Shown here: positions 40,361 through 51,579 of the stretch, piece after piece
Position numbering within the stretch: the stretch's first letter is position 1
Layout: every line of letters starts with the position of its first letter
Assembly: GCA_964016885.1 (NCBI GenBank)
Contig: OZ024742.1
Coordinates: forward strand, 378,820,001-378,884,000
Length of the DNA stretch: 64,000 nucleotides
Reading direction: 5' to 3'
From: Eledone cirrhosa
Taxonomy: Eukaryota
Notes under the pieces: generated by a model
What the model saw: only the letters and a program-made list of their open reading frames with translations
Database searches by the model: none
What the model was told of the DNA's origin: nothing
Program-made: the position numbers and the translations under genes

Positions 40361-40966
40361 ATACTAGCTAAACTACCCGTCCTTTGGATGGTTCAAGTAG
40401 CTTTCGATGTAGCTCATTAAACTAAACAAAGTAAATTTGTATACATAGAAGAAAAACGTACTTTATGTAAACATAAAAACCTTAGGCACTATGCCAGCGA
40501 AATAATTTTAGATAAATTTAAGCATAATATTGTAAAAGTTATGACATCATTTAATGTATGAACACCAAGCTTGAAACTATAAATTATACAATGTCAAATC
40601 CATAACTTAACTTAGTAATCTGTTAGAATTTGCTGGTTGTGAAATATACAAAATGATATTGTTAGTCTCTTTCTTTCAAGTACAAAGAGTAAATTAAAAT
40701 CCGAATGAGCCGAATTACGAAAGATAACTCTTGTCTTACTTAATCACGAAAATTCACACAAATAACCGAAACTTTTTTAATGTCTCCAAAGGTCCCAATA
40801 TCGATTTTTGAAAGCCTTTGTAGATCATGTACAGGTTTTGTGCAAGGAGAAGCTCTGTAAAAAATTTCAAAGAAGTCGAGGTTTAGAATATTTGAGCCCT
40901 CATTAAAAATTGTCTACACACATATACACATACATACAGAAAACTACAGATTTATACATATACAGA
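40361..40966 (+). mobile_element. Possible non-autonomous Helitron-like element
   Basis: Starts ACTAG...ACCCGTC/GATGGT subterminal hairpin and ends with CATA microsatellite plus TATACAGAT, within (TA)n. A similar terminus lies at 38405-38440 on the minus strand. Confidence 0.35.
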
Positions 40967-41026
40967 TATATATATATATATATATAGTAACAATAATAAA
41001 TGTGGAGACTAAACTGTAATCTGTTA

Positions 41027-41064
<38 letters not shown>

Positions 41065-41199
41065 CAAAAGGGATATTCAATTTGTTGGTAATTCAACAAA
41101 TATAAATGTTTATAACTGATTCAGAGCACTCGACTGATTTCTGGGGTATAATATTCAATGATATTAAATAAATGGAAACTATATTTATAAAACCATATT

Positions 41200-41260
41200 T
41201 ATTCTATTATATATATTTCAAGGGTACCAAAACTTTGGTACGCTTTCATCAGATAAAATA
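41200..41260 (-). ncRNA. Type I hammerhead ribozyme
   Basis: Minus strand TATTTTAT-CTGATGA-AAGCGTACCAA agtt TTGGTACCCTT-GAA ATATATAT A-ATAGAATA. Stem I has 8 bp, stem II has 10 of 11 bp, stem III is palindromic, and the site is AUA. Confidence 0.85.
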
Positions 41261-41334
41261 CAAAGTTTGTTTTATATATATTGACATAACCAAGCAAAAA
41301 TACCTTAACGGTTCAAGTTTTTCCTGGATATGTA

Positions 41335-41369
<35 letters not shown>

Positions 41370-43533
41370 GTATATGTGTGTGTGGGGGCGATAGGGTGAG
41401 ATGGGCTCTGCCAGGCTTAAAATGCCCTAGAAACACCGTATGCCGACCACTACGGCACCCATACGACTCCAGGAGTTAAGGGACCATACATGTATACATA
41501 CAGTACATATAGAACACTCTCATTTAGTTTATTTCAGTTCCACCACTTGTTAAATCCACAACTGTCTGATGTTTAGAATATATATGGACAACATAGTTTA
41601 GTATGTCAGAAGCAGATGTTGATGTTTTCCTCGCCAGATTTCTTGTAGTTTCAGATTTATCCTTAAAATCTGTTGTAAACTATGTAATGGTAGTTTTAGC
41701 TAAAGTGAATGCCCTCTGTGAGAAATGTTGTAGTGTCCCCATTTCAGTCTATTTCGTGGTCGTTGTTCTTGCATGTTATGTAATTAAGACAGAAGGTGTT
41801 GATGTAAATTGTAATTAATGATTGTTTAGGGGGAGGGGGAGTTTATGGTGAGAGTAAAAAGTAAAGAAAGATACATCAGCCTTTACATACTCCCAAGTTA
41901 ATAACTTATTCGTTATAAATAACTAAAACTCGTGGAATATTAGAAATTCCGAACAGGGTTACCAAAATTCCGGCACTCCTTCCAAATATTTACAAAGTTG
42001 AATGTTATAAAAAGACAACCTTCTCTTAATATCTTTCATATAATAAACTGCATTTACTTTCTCCCTGGAGACATCTACATAATTAAGACGTTGAAGCGGA
42101 GTAAAAACGAGAAAAGAATTTTATTTGGGGATTTCAAGAATTTTCTTTACGTATTTAAAAATCGCTGAAAACTAAAATTCCAGTTTTGTTTTAATTAGAT
42201 CAATTCCTGCAAATAAAACAAATTACTTCCGTAAATGAATAATCTTAATTTGTAACTCAATTTTGTTTGTCTCTGTGGCATACAATGAAATCGTTAATAG
42301 TGATTTCTAATTTCTAAAATAGTTAGAAAGCCACAAACTGCCATGTGGTAGTGGGTGACGAGGGTATAGAAGATTAGTTCAGCCCCATTGCTCGATGAGT
42401 ATTTATTTAGTCAATCCCAGGGGTATGAACAGCAAAGTCGGCCATGGTAGAAATATAGATGTAAAATAATTCAAGATATTTATTCTGATTCTCCAGACAT
42501 TTTCACATCCTGACGCCTACTGTAACGACCCAAAGGTTAACATAACTACCAATATTCCTCACTTGTCGTATCACCCCTATTATACGAGGTTATAAGTAGG
42601 TATGTGGTGAACCAATTCTACTTATTCCAACCAATAAAAAAAACAGGGTTCTATTCATCACTTACGACTTTCTCTAACTGTTCTTTTGTGGACATCAGGG
42701 GCCTCTTTCCTTCAATCACGAGGCCACCACCCTACTCACCACTATCGGCACGGAGTTGGCTACCCGCAGGTGTGAGCCTCGTGAGATGGAATGGCTCTTC
42801 CAACGTGTCTCCCTCACCATCCTCTGAGAAAACGCCTTCTCTATTCTGCCCACCGGAGCCACGAGGAAACCAACGCGTGGGCCCCCATTTGTTTATAACA
42901 GTGTGAGGTGGCGAGAGTGTGAGAGACAGTGACAGTGGCAGTTTGGTTATATATATTTCACAGACACACACTCTTTCCTTCCCCGTTGTTCTCTTATTTT
43001 CTCGTTTAGTCTTTTCTTATTACCAACAATTTCTATAAACTTTCCTCTTTGTCCGTTATTTTCGTTCCATTCCTCAGGGAACCAGATACTTTCTCTGCTC
43101 ACTTAACGCTGCCTTATTTTTTTCTCCTGCAGCTCAACACCACCTAATGCTTCTTTTTATCATTTTATCTGGTAACTCAGACAAGAGTGCCATTGCTGTC
43201 GTTAAAGTTATCATTAGTTAATGTTGTTTTATTGTACTTTATGTTGTTTTGTTCACTCTGATCTTAGCCAAAAGATGGAGTAGTTTAGGCTGTTTAGTGC
43301 ATTGTTACTTTATGTGGGTGGGTGGGTGGGTAGGTAGTGCTTTCTAGTTCTTCTAGAACAAAGTGTCATATCAAGATGGTCCGAGAAGAAGAAGAAGAAG
43401 AAGAATGTATTTTCGTTAAAATGATTTTGGAAGGTGTAATACCGGCGGAGTAGATACAGATCCTGCAATCAAAAGACAAGGATTTCAATTTTGCTGGATT
43501 CCATTCCTCTTTCTCATTTAGACTCTCTCTCCC

Positions 43534-43627
<94 letters not shown>

Positions 43628-43791
43628 ATATATATATATATATATGGCAAGTAAGTATGTTTTGTAACAGTGAGCAGGTTTGAAATTAGAAAATAGAATA
43701 GCTTTCACCGTATTTTTGACTAAAGGAATTTTAGCCTGATAATGGGGTTTAGAACCCTCAGATAAATGGAAAAAGATGAGTATTGACGTAC

Positions 43792-43900
<109 letters not shown>

Positions 43901-44179
43901 ATAAGAAACGGAGAATGAGTGGTGTGACGAATAACATTTATTAGACATATTACAATCGTTTCTCTGGCAACCAGCTCGAGGCACGATCGATCCTGACTCT
44001 GAAATCGCAAGGACGCTTTAAGCATCCCACACCAATTATATATATATATATATATGAACTTGGTTTGCAAGATTTTTATATGAAATCGGGTGTTGAAACA
44101 AATATTGTTATATTTGAGGAGGGTCATATTGTTATTATTTCTGGAAATATTATAACAATATGACCCTTCCCAAATATAA

Positions 44180-44288
44180 TAATGGTTTCTTATTTAGGCA
44201 CAAGGCCAGCAATTTGGGGGAAGGGAAAAGTCGATGAAATTGACCCCAGTGCGTGACTGGTACTTTATTTTATCGACCCCGTAAAGAT
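44180..44288 (-). mobile_element. Nin/Deu-type SINE 3' half
   Basis: Reverse complement matches 55220-55325. Confidence 0.8.
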
Positions 44289-44289
44289 A

Positions 44290-45130
44290 TAATAATAATA
44301 ATAATAATAATGCTTTCTTTATTAACCACAAGGGTTTACACAAAGTAGACATTAAGGACAGTACAGGACAATACAGGACGGTACAAATGGGCATTTCTGC
44401 GTGTAAATAAAACAAAAAACAGAGGATGTAACAAAAAAAGAAACAATGAAAAATTCCCCAATAAGAGGGAGACTTCCGAGGGACATTCGTGGAGAAAGCC
44501 CATTAAAAAAAGCCACGGTGACCCTGACCACCAGGGCAAGTGCCCTCTCCCAGTTTTCCACCTTCAATTTACAGGCATATACTCAGAGTAGGCCCATTCA
44601 CTCGGGCCATACTTGCTTCTCTCACCCATCTTTCAACAAAATGCTGGGAAGAGAGCACCTCCCTCTCTACCCTGATTTTCCTTTTTAAATGAAATTTGAA
44701 AAAGTTAATCAGGGCATCAGCGAAGAGGTAAGTGCTCGTCTTCAGCCCTTTCAAACGCGTCCACCATACTATCTCTTTCGCCATGGCCACCAGACAGATA
44801 AAAACTACCTGCCCTTCCCGGCTAAAGGAAGAAGGTGGGGCAATCCTCACGATGGACTCAGCTCATAGCCGGATCCGTTCTACACGCGACAGCAGGTGTT
44901 CGACATAAACCCACAAGTCAGCAATGGTCGGACACTGGACGCGTGCGTGCAGGACGGTTTCGTCGCCCTGCGCGCATCTCGGACATGCCCGGCTGACGGC
45001 ACCTCCATGCCTGTAGAGTTTATCCCGAACTGGCAAAGCTCCTCGGGAGCACTGCCAGGCCAGGGATTTCTGGAAGTTGTCCATAAGCCTCGGCCCGAAA
45101 GTTCTTCCGAAGAGAAATTTTCGCTCTACA
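44290..45130 (-). mobile_element. L1/Tx1-clade LINE 3' fragment (zf-RVT-like CCHC region and 3' UTR)
   Basis: LAWQCSRGALPVRDKL..CPRC..ETVLHARVQC..LW and KEIVWWTR motifs; AATAAA followed by a (TAT)n tail at 44290-44325. Confidence 0.75.
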
Positions 45131-45142
45131 TGGCTGAATACA

Positions 45143-45434
45143 ATAAATGTAATCTGAGTTTTTCGAATATTGATAATAATATTCGATTCGTTTGCAATTA
45201 TGCAAACAAGCCTTATTTTTAAAGCCATGTCAGTTGGCAGATGAACAGTGAGTTGTACTGATGAAGGATAATACACGGAAACATTAGTGTCTGTAGTTCT
45301 GTTTACATGCCAACACAAGAGAAAGAATAAGGAGCTCATTGTACTGACATGGCTTTATAAATGAGGCTTATTTGCACAATTGCAAACGAATCGAATATTA
45401 TTATTAATATTCGAAAAACACAAATTACATTTAT
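45143..45434 (+). mobile_element. Fold-back HHR cassette (arms 45143-45234 and 45343-45434)
   Basis: 92-bp imperfect inverted arms around a core with CTGATGA (45258), GAAAC ATTAGT GTC (45278-45291) and extended stem I (TTGGCA/TGCCAA, AACAG/CTGTT). Stem II is decayed. Confidence 0.75.
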
Positions 45435-45495
45435 ATATATATATACTGTGTGTGCGTGTTTTCTGTTGTCTTTGACTTGTGTGCCTCCTATTTTA

Positions 45496-45576
<81 letters not shown>

Positions 45577-46428
45577 GTGTGTGTGTGTGTGTGTTCACTA
45601 TTATAGCTTGGGAGAATATACGGATAGTGAAACATTGGAAAAGTCAGTTATTATTTCATGACAAAATTGACCAGTTGAAGTGTTAGACTGCCGAAGGGGC
45701 GAACGACTAAAATGCTGAAAAACTGGACACGACAGGTACTTAGGCAAGCACTGCCTGTGTAAATAAAACAGATTAGCAATATTGGAATTCTTCTAGCAAT
45801 AATAACAATTCTTTGACTTTTGATAAAGAATTAGAAAATCGATAACCAAATCCATTGAAGAACAATTACTGAAAATTACTGAAGATATTCATGTGATATA
45901 CGATCTTACTATGAACTGCTACATGTTGAAATATATGCTGCCTTCTTAGACTGTAACGTCCATGAAAACTATTCCCTTTTGCTTAAACTACGACAGAGAT
46001 TGTTTTGGAATATTATACGTTAGAAATTGTTCGTTATTAGTGACATATCGATATTTCTAGTACTGTATTCAGTACATTGTCAATAAATCAGAACAATACT
46101 TCACTGCACTCTATGATTACATCTTTCTAAGTAGATTTTAAAAAAGGCTATCATTTTTAGAAAATGTTTATTGTTTTCTTTCTAGTTATCCTAATAGTCA
46201 AGAGAGAGTAAAGAAGGAGTTACTGTCTCTTGACTATTGGGATAAACACTTGTCTTTCTAACAGTTTCATCACACACTCAATATTTACCAAAATACAATG
46301 ACAACCCTGCAAGGGATGTTATTTCTCCATTCAATATATTAGACCAATGGCTGTTTATCCCCCACCTCTCTCTCTCTCTCTCTTGCTCTCTCACTCTTTT
46401 ACTATCACATTCACTCGCTTCCTCTCTC

Positions 46429-46475
<47 letters not shown>

Positions 46476-46524
46476 TGTAAACACACACATATGTGTAGGT
46501 ATATATATATACACACACACGCAT

Positions 46525-47112
46525 GCAGAAGCATATTCTCTTACAACTAATACAGACCGACAAAATATGCACACTCCACTTTTCCCTTCACTGCTCTGTA
46601 TTCACACATACATACCCTTATATAAATATACTTTTGCTCATAGCTTCGTACTTACAAGAACACACACACTCTTTTACTTACATATACACACACATTTCTT
46701 CTTAGTTTCGTACGGACGTACAATAACACACACACACACGCACACACAGACACACGCATGCATACGCACGTGCACAAGTATAGATCTTTTTCCAAAACGT
46801 TTTTGTTTTCATTTCAGGTAGACGCGCTCCATCATCCACTTTTCTAAAAAAGTACATCATACACAAAACGCCAGCACCAACAGTTTTGCAAGAGATGTCA
46901 ACATGAATGGACCTGTTATTTTTATCTAAAGACATTTTTTCCAATTCCAGCCAGCCCGTCCCCTGAATCTATCTTATTTCTCATTCTTTCTTCTGATGAA
47001 GGACTAGTGTCCGAAACGTTAAGACCCTCTTCCTGCTATTTCAAGCGTTAACCTAATATATTCCTTCCATATACTGTACCGATTGTGTTGTTATTTCTGT
47101 TTACCTTTTACA
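46525..47112 (+). mobile_element. Neptune-like PLE 3' UTR/pLTR copy
   Basis: Inverted homolog of 36741-37270 that contains an intact HHR. Confidence 0.75.
46989..47024 (+). ncRNA. Minimal type I hammerhead ribozyme
   Basis: TCTT-CTGATGA-A GGAC tagt GTCC-GAAACGT T-AAGA. Confidence 0.8.
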
Positions 47113-47123
47113 TACATACATAC

Positions 47124-47725
47124 ATGGTGGCTGCCAACTCGTTTTCGAGTACGGCCACTACTTTATATCCATGTAGGAGAACCCCTACCGATGCGCTGAA
47201 CGAATGTGACTTTTTAGTCCAGCCAGCGACTTGAAAACTCTGGTGCAAAGACTACACTTGTGACCATTATTGACACATAGTGCAGGGCCCATGGTACCAT
47301 GTGATGACAAGTGCAGAGAGATCTCCAGATATAAAGCAATGCCTGTGCTGTGAAGCTTTTATAGTGAGCAAAGGCACTGCACAAAGCCAGTCCCACTCTC
47401 TTAACCAAGATGATATTTACCAAAAAGAAGAACAAGTCAACATCATTGGATACCATCAGGGTTGCAGGTGTTATATCAGAGTTTTCCTTCTCCTAGAATT
47501 CTGCCTTGACAAAGGCTAAGGGGTTATCTCTCCCGGTGATTTTGGATGGCCATCGACTCTTAAGAGCTCCTTTGACAGGTTTTGTTTTTAGTCCTGCAGG
47601 ATGTCCAAAGTCACCCTCCTCACCAAGAAACCTTGGTGGGGTTGCCAGTTTAGTCGCCAACGACTCGACCATGAGACAGGTTGTACTGGGATACATGTTA
47701 CCAGTAACACCAACTGGTGACCTGA
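47124..47725 (-). mobile_element. Short, probably internally deleted RTE derivative in (CATA)n
   Basis: Minus strand encodes CSLCTRVFKSLAGLKSHIRS and the terminus TGGCCGTACTCGAAAACGAGTTGGCAGCCACC(ATGT)n, matching 53770-53840 and 54000-54035. The upstream part is non-coding and has an RTE 5'-UTR-like CTAGGAGAAGGAAAACTCTGA. Confidence 0.65.
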
Positions 47726-47747
47726 CATACATACATACATACATACA

Positions 47748-47848
<101 letters not shown>

Positions 47849-48559
47849 CGTACTTCATTAATAAATTCCAACCTCTACTTAATAGACTAAACTTCGGACT
47901 AAACTAAAACTGGAACGAACAATGAACCATAGTCCAAAATCCCTACGTTCTTTAAAGAGTTACCTCTCTTACACCTTTCTTATATAAAGGAATTACCCCC
48001 TCTCCTCTCTTTCTCCTACCCGACCACCCTGAATTACCTCCCCCTGCATATTAATTCTCTAAAAAGAGAAAACACATTCAATCCCAGACGGACATTTGTC
48101 TCCATCATGGATCAACTTCTTTAAGCGATCTTACCATAATAACATTTCTTTAACTGCTGATCCTCAAAAAACAATGCTTGTAAATAATATTATTCTTTCT
48201 TTCCCATTACCTTATCATGTTCCACATCACCCCTTTTTTTTAGTTCAAAAACCATGTTTGTAAATAATATTATTCTTTCTTTCCCATTTCAATAACATGT
48301 TCAACATCACCTTAACCAATACAAATTCCCCTTTTTTCTCTCCCACTCACATAATTTGATAATTCATAAAATGCTAAAACCGGTAATTGATAATCATTAA
48401 ATAAATAAATGCTATTGTTAATTAATAAATAAATTAACTAATACCTTAACACTTCACACAAAGTAAAATATTTTGTTTTAAACATTTTCTAACCCAGAAA
48501 AAAGAGAAAAAAATAGGGAAAAAAAATATTTTTCTTCCTAATAATCGTTTTTTTCTCCC

Positions 48560-48587
<28 letters not shown>

Positions 48588-48590
<3 letters not shown>

Positions 48591-48696
48591 ATGTATGTAA
48601 AAGGTAAACAGAAATAACAAGCGTTAACCTAATATATTCCTTCCATATACTGTACCTATTGTGTTGTTATTTCTGTTTACCTTTTACATACATACA
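48588..48696 (+). repeat. Fold-back remnant of the 46525-47112 pLTR 3' end
   Basis: 33-bp inverted arms (48588-48620/48664-48696); 48618-48696 nearly matches 47043-47120. Confidence 0.8.
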
Positions 48697-48875
48697 CACA
48701 CATTTATATATATATAAGGGATAACAAGTTATCGTTATAGGTAATCCAGTTAGAGGTTGTGAATACTACGTATTCTGGATAGTTTTAGCGTACGGCGTTG
48801 TTTGATCAATAAGAGGTTTCGTTTGGTAGCGAGTTAGCGAGTTCTCAGGAATTCCTATGTAAGTTAATCTTGGAG

Positions 48876-49064
48876 TAATAATTGTTTCTACTTTTGGCAC
48901 AAGGCCAGCAATTACTCAGTGCATTACTGGTACTTTATTTTATCGACCCCTTAAGGATGAAAGGCAAAGTTAACCTCGGTGGGATTTGAACTCAGAATGG
49001 CAAGGGCCGTCACTCTATGCGTCAAAGCATGGCGTCCGACTCTCTACCGATACTGCTAATCCAC
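48876..49064 (-). mobile_element. Nin/Deu-type SINE
   Basis: Near-full-length reverse-complement match to 51197-51390. Confidence 0.85.
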
Positions 49065-49443
49065 AGTGAAAGAGTGAAGAATAACATGGTCAACAGTACA
49101 AAAAGGATTTTATTTACAGTATTAACAATTGTTTCATTGAGTTGTCTTAAATTGCTAATCACTTGAAGTTCTGTCACTCAATTTAAAATACGATGTATGC
49201 TTAACCAAATCATCTTTCTTTCTTTCTCTTTTTTCTCTCTATCTTTTTCTTTTTTCTTCTTTTTCTTTTTCTTTTTCTTTTTCTTTCTTTATTACTGATG
49301 TAATTTGGATTTGTAAACGCTATGTATAATTTTATTCAGTTATCTGATGATATTTAGACAACTTAATCAATGAAACAATTGTTAATACTGTAAATAAAAC
49401 CTTTCTTGTACTGTTGACCATGTTATTCTTCACTCTTTCACTA
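49065..49443 (+). mobile_element. Fold-back HHR cassette (arms ~49065-49150 and 49355-49443; HHR at 49337-49390)
   Basis: Inverted arms of about 85 bp. CAGTTAT-CTGATGA...GAAAC AATT GT T-AATACTG with the ACAATTGT palindrome. Confidence 0.75.
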
Positions 49444-49639
49444 TATATCTCTCTCTCTATATATATATATATATATGTTTGAAATAGCAGGAAGAGGGTC
49501 TGTATATATATATCTATATATATGCGTGTGTGTGCATGCAACTGTATATATGTGTGCATGTGCATGTGAGAATGTGTGTGTGTGTGAGAGTGTGAGCGCG
49601 CGTATGTGTGTGTATCAGTGTTTGTCTGTGTTTGTGTGT

Positions 49640-50590
49640 AATGACCGAAATACGATCGCGAATACAAGCGGCCAAAATGGGGGTTCTCTCAAGGGTCGTT
49701 GAAGTAAGGTTACTTGACAGAGTGTATTGCTGGGAGATGAGAGAGTCACTCCAGGTAGAGCTGCTACTTCTCCTGGTCGTTGAAGTAAGGTTACTTGACA
49801 GAGTGTATTGCTGGGAGATGAGAGTCACTCCAGGTAGAGCTGCTACTTCTCCTGGTCGTTGAAGTAAGGTTACTTGACAGAGTGTATTGCTGGGAGATGA
49901 GAGAGTCACTCCAGGTAGAGCTGCTACTTCTCCTGGTCGTTGAAGTAAGGTTACTTGACAGAGTGTATTGCTGGGAGATGAGAGAGTCACTCCAGGTAGA
50001 GCTGCTACTTCTCCTGGTCGTTGAAGTAAGGTTACTTGACAGAGTGTATTGCTGGGAGATAAGAGTCACTCCAGGTAGAGCTGCTACTTCTCCTGGTCGT
50101 TGAAGTAAGGTTACTTGACAGAGTGTATTGCTGGGAGATGAGAGTCACTCCAGGTAGAGCTGCTACTTCTCCTGGTCGTTGAAGTAAGGTTACTTGACAG
50201 AGTGTATTGCTGGGAGATAAGAGTCACTCCAGGTAGAGCTGCTACTTCTCCTGGTCGTTGAAGTAAGGTTACTTGACAGAGTGTATTGCTGGGAGATGAG
50301 AGAGTCACTCCAGGTAGAGCTGCTACTTCTCCTGGTCGTTGAAGTAAGGTTACTTGACAGAGTGTATTGCTGGGAGATGAGAGTCACTCCAGGTAGAGCT
50401 GCTACTTCTCCTGGTCGTTGAAGTAAGGTTACTTGACAGAGTGTATTGCTGGGAGATGAGAGTCACTCCAGGTAGAGCTGCTACTTCTCCTGGTCGTTGA
50501 AGTAAGGTTACTTGACAGAGTGTATTGCTGGGAGACGAAAGTCACTCCAGGTAGAGCTGCTACTTCTCCGAGAGATCACAGCTCCGATAC
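49640..50590 (+). repeat. 79/81-bp minisatellite (11 copies) amplified inside an RTE LINE fragment
   Basis: Units start at 49694, 49775, 49854, 49935, 50016, 50095, 50174, 50253, 50334, 50413 and 50492. Flank and unit translate as MTEIRSRIQAAKMGVLSRV..LLDRV..MRESLQVELLLL, followed by ERSQLR. Confidence 0.9.
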
Positions 50591-50764
50591 TAGAAGAAGA
50601 AGAAAAAATAGGATTACGAAGAAATTGAGAAAGTTTTAAAATTCAAAGTTTCTCTGCTTTTATTAATTATAAAATTAAGAATTAATAATTTAAAAAATTA
50701 ATAATAAAAATTAAAAATTAATAATTTTATTAATAATATAAAATTAATAATTAATAATTACTAA

Positions 50765-51072
50765 ATAGCCGAACAAGTCGGATAGAATGCCTTGTGGTTT
50801 TACTTCCGGCTCTCTACTCTCTGAGTTCAAATCCCGCCCAGGTCAATTTTGCCTTTCATCCTTTCGAGGTAGATAAAAAAAGTACTAGTCAAGTACTGGG
50901 GTCGATTCTTCCTCTATATCTCTTTCTCACTTCCTCTTTCTCACCTATCTTTCTCTGGAAGAAATCTGCTGTACTCAGGCCTAGAGAGGGATTGGTTCTG
51001 CCAGGCTTAAAAATGCTCAAGAAATGTCAATACGGCGCTCCTACGACTCTATCAGGAGTTACGGGACCATAA
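50765..51072 (+). mobile_element. Diverged SINE with a different 3' tail (tail also at 41385-41490)
   Basis: B-box and Nin-type core; the tail CTGCCAGGCTTAAAA..TACGACTC..AGGAGTTA.GGGACCATA is shared with 41405-41490. Confidence 0.6.
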
Positions 51073-51193
51073 ATACAATACAATTGACTAGAAGTGTAAA
51101 AGATAACACAGCTGTCCGGCATACAACAGATGCGGGGTTCGATTCCTACAGGTTGTTTATATTCCACTTGATTTTTATTATATGTAGTTTTTT

Positions 51194-51386
51194 ATAGGGC
51201 GGTGGATTGGCAGTACCGGTAGAGGGTCAGACGCCAAGCTTTGGCGCCTGGAGTTACGGCCCTTGCCATTCTGAGTTCAAATCCCGCCGAGGTTAACTTT
51301 GCCTTTCATCCTTACGGGGTCGATAAAATAAAGTACCAGTAATGTACTAGGTAATTGCTGGCCTTGTGCCTAAAGTACAAACAATT
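51194..51386 (+). mobile_element. Full-length Nin/Deu-type SINE with a 17-bp TSD
   Basis: TSD ATTATATGTAGTTTTTT at 51177-51193 and 51384-51400. Confidence 0.9.
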
Positions 51387-51579
51387 ATATGTAGTTTTTT
51401 TGTCATCTGTAACAAACGTATGGGGACACGTATATGTTGACACCCCAAAGGGAACGGAACTTGGATAGACGTAAGACTTGCAGAGGGAATTTGGCAGATA
51501 GAGTCTGTACAGAAGCCCGTCGTATACGTAAATATATGCGTATATGTATGTGTATATGTATATGTATGTGTGTATGTAC

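Noticed and set aside
43945-43985. Half hammerhead on the minus strand (CTGG/CCAG-A-GAAACGATTGTA)
   Set aside because: No CUGANGA box upstream; at most a truncated remnant.
49694-50570. CRISPR-like array
   Set aside because: The units are contiguous and identical with no spacers, the context is eukaryotic, and there are no cas genes.
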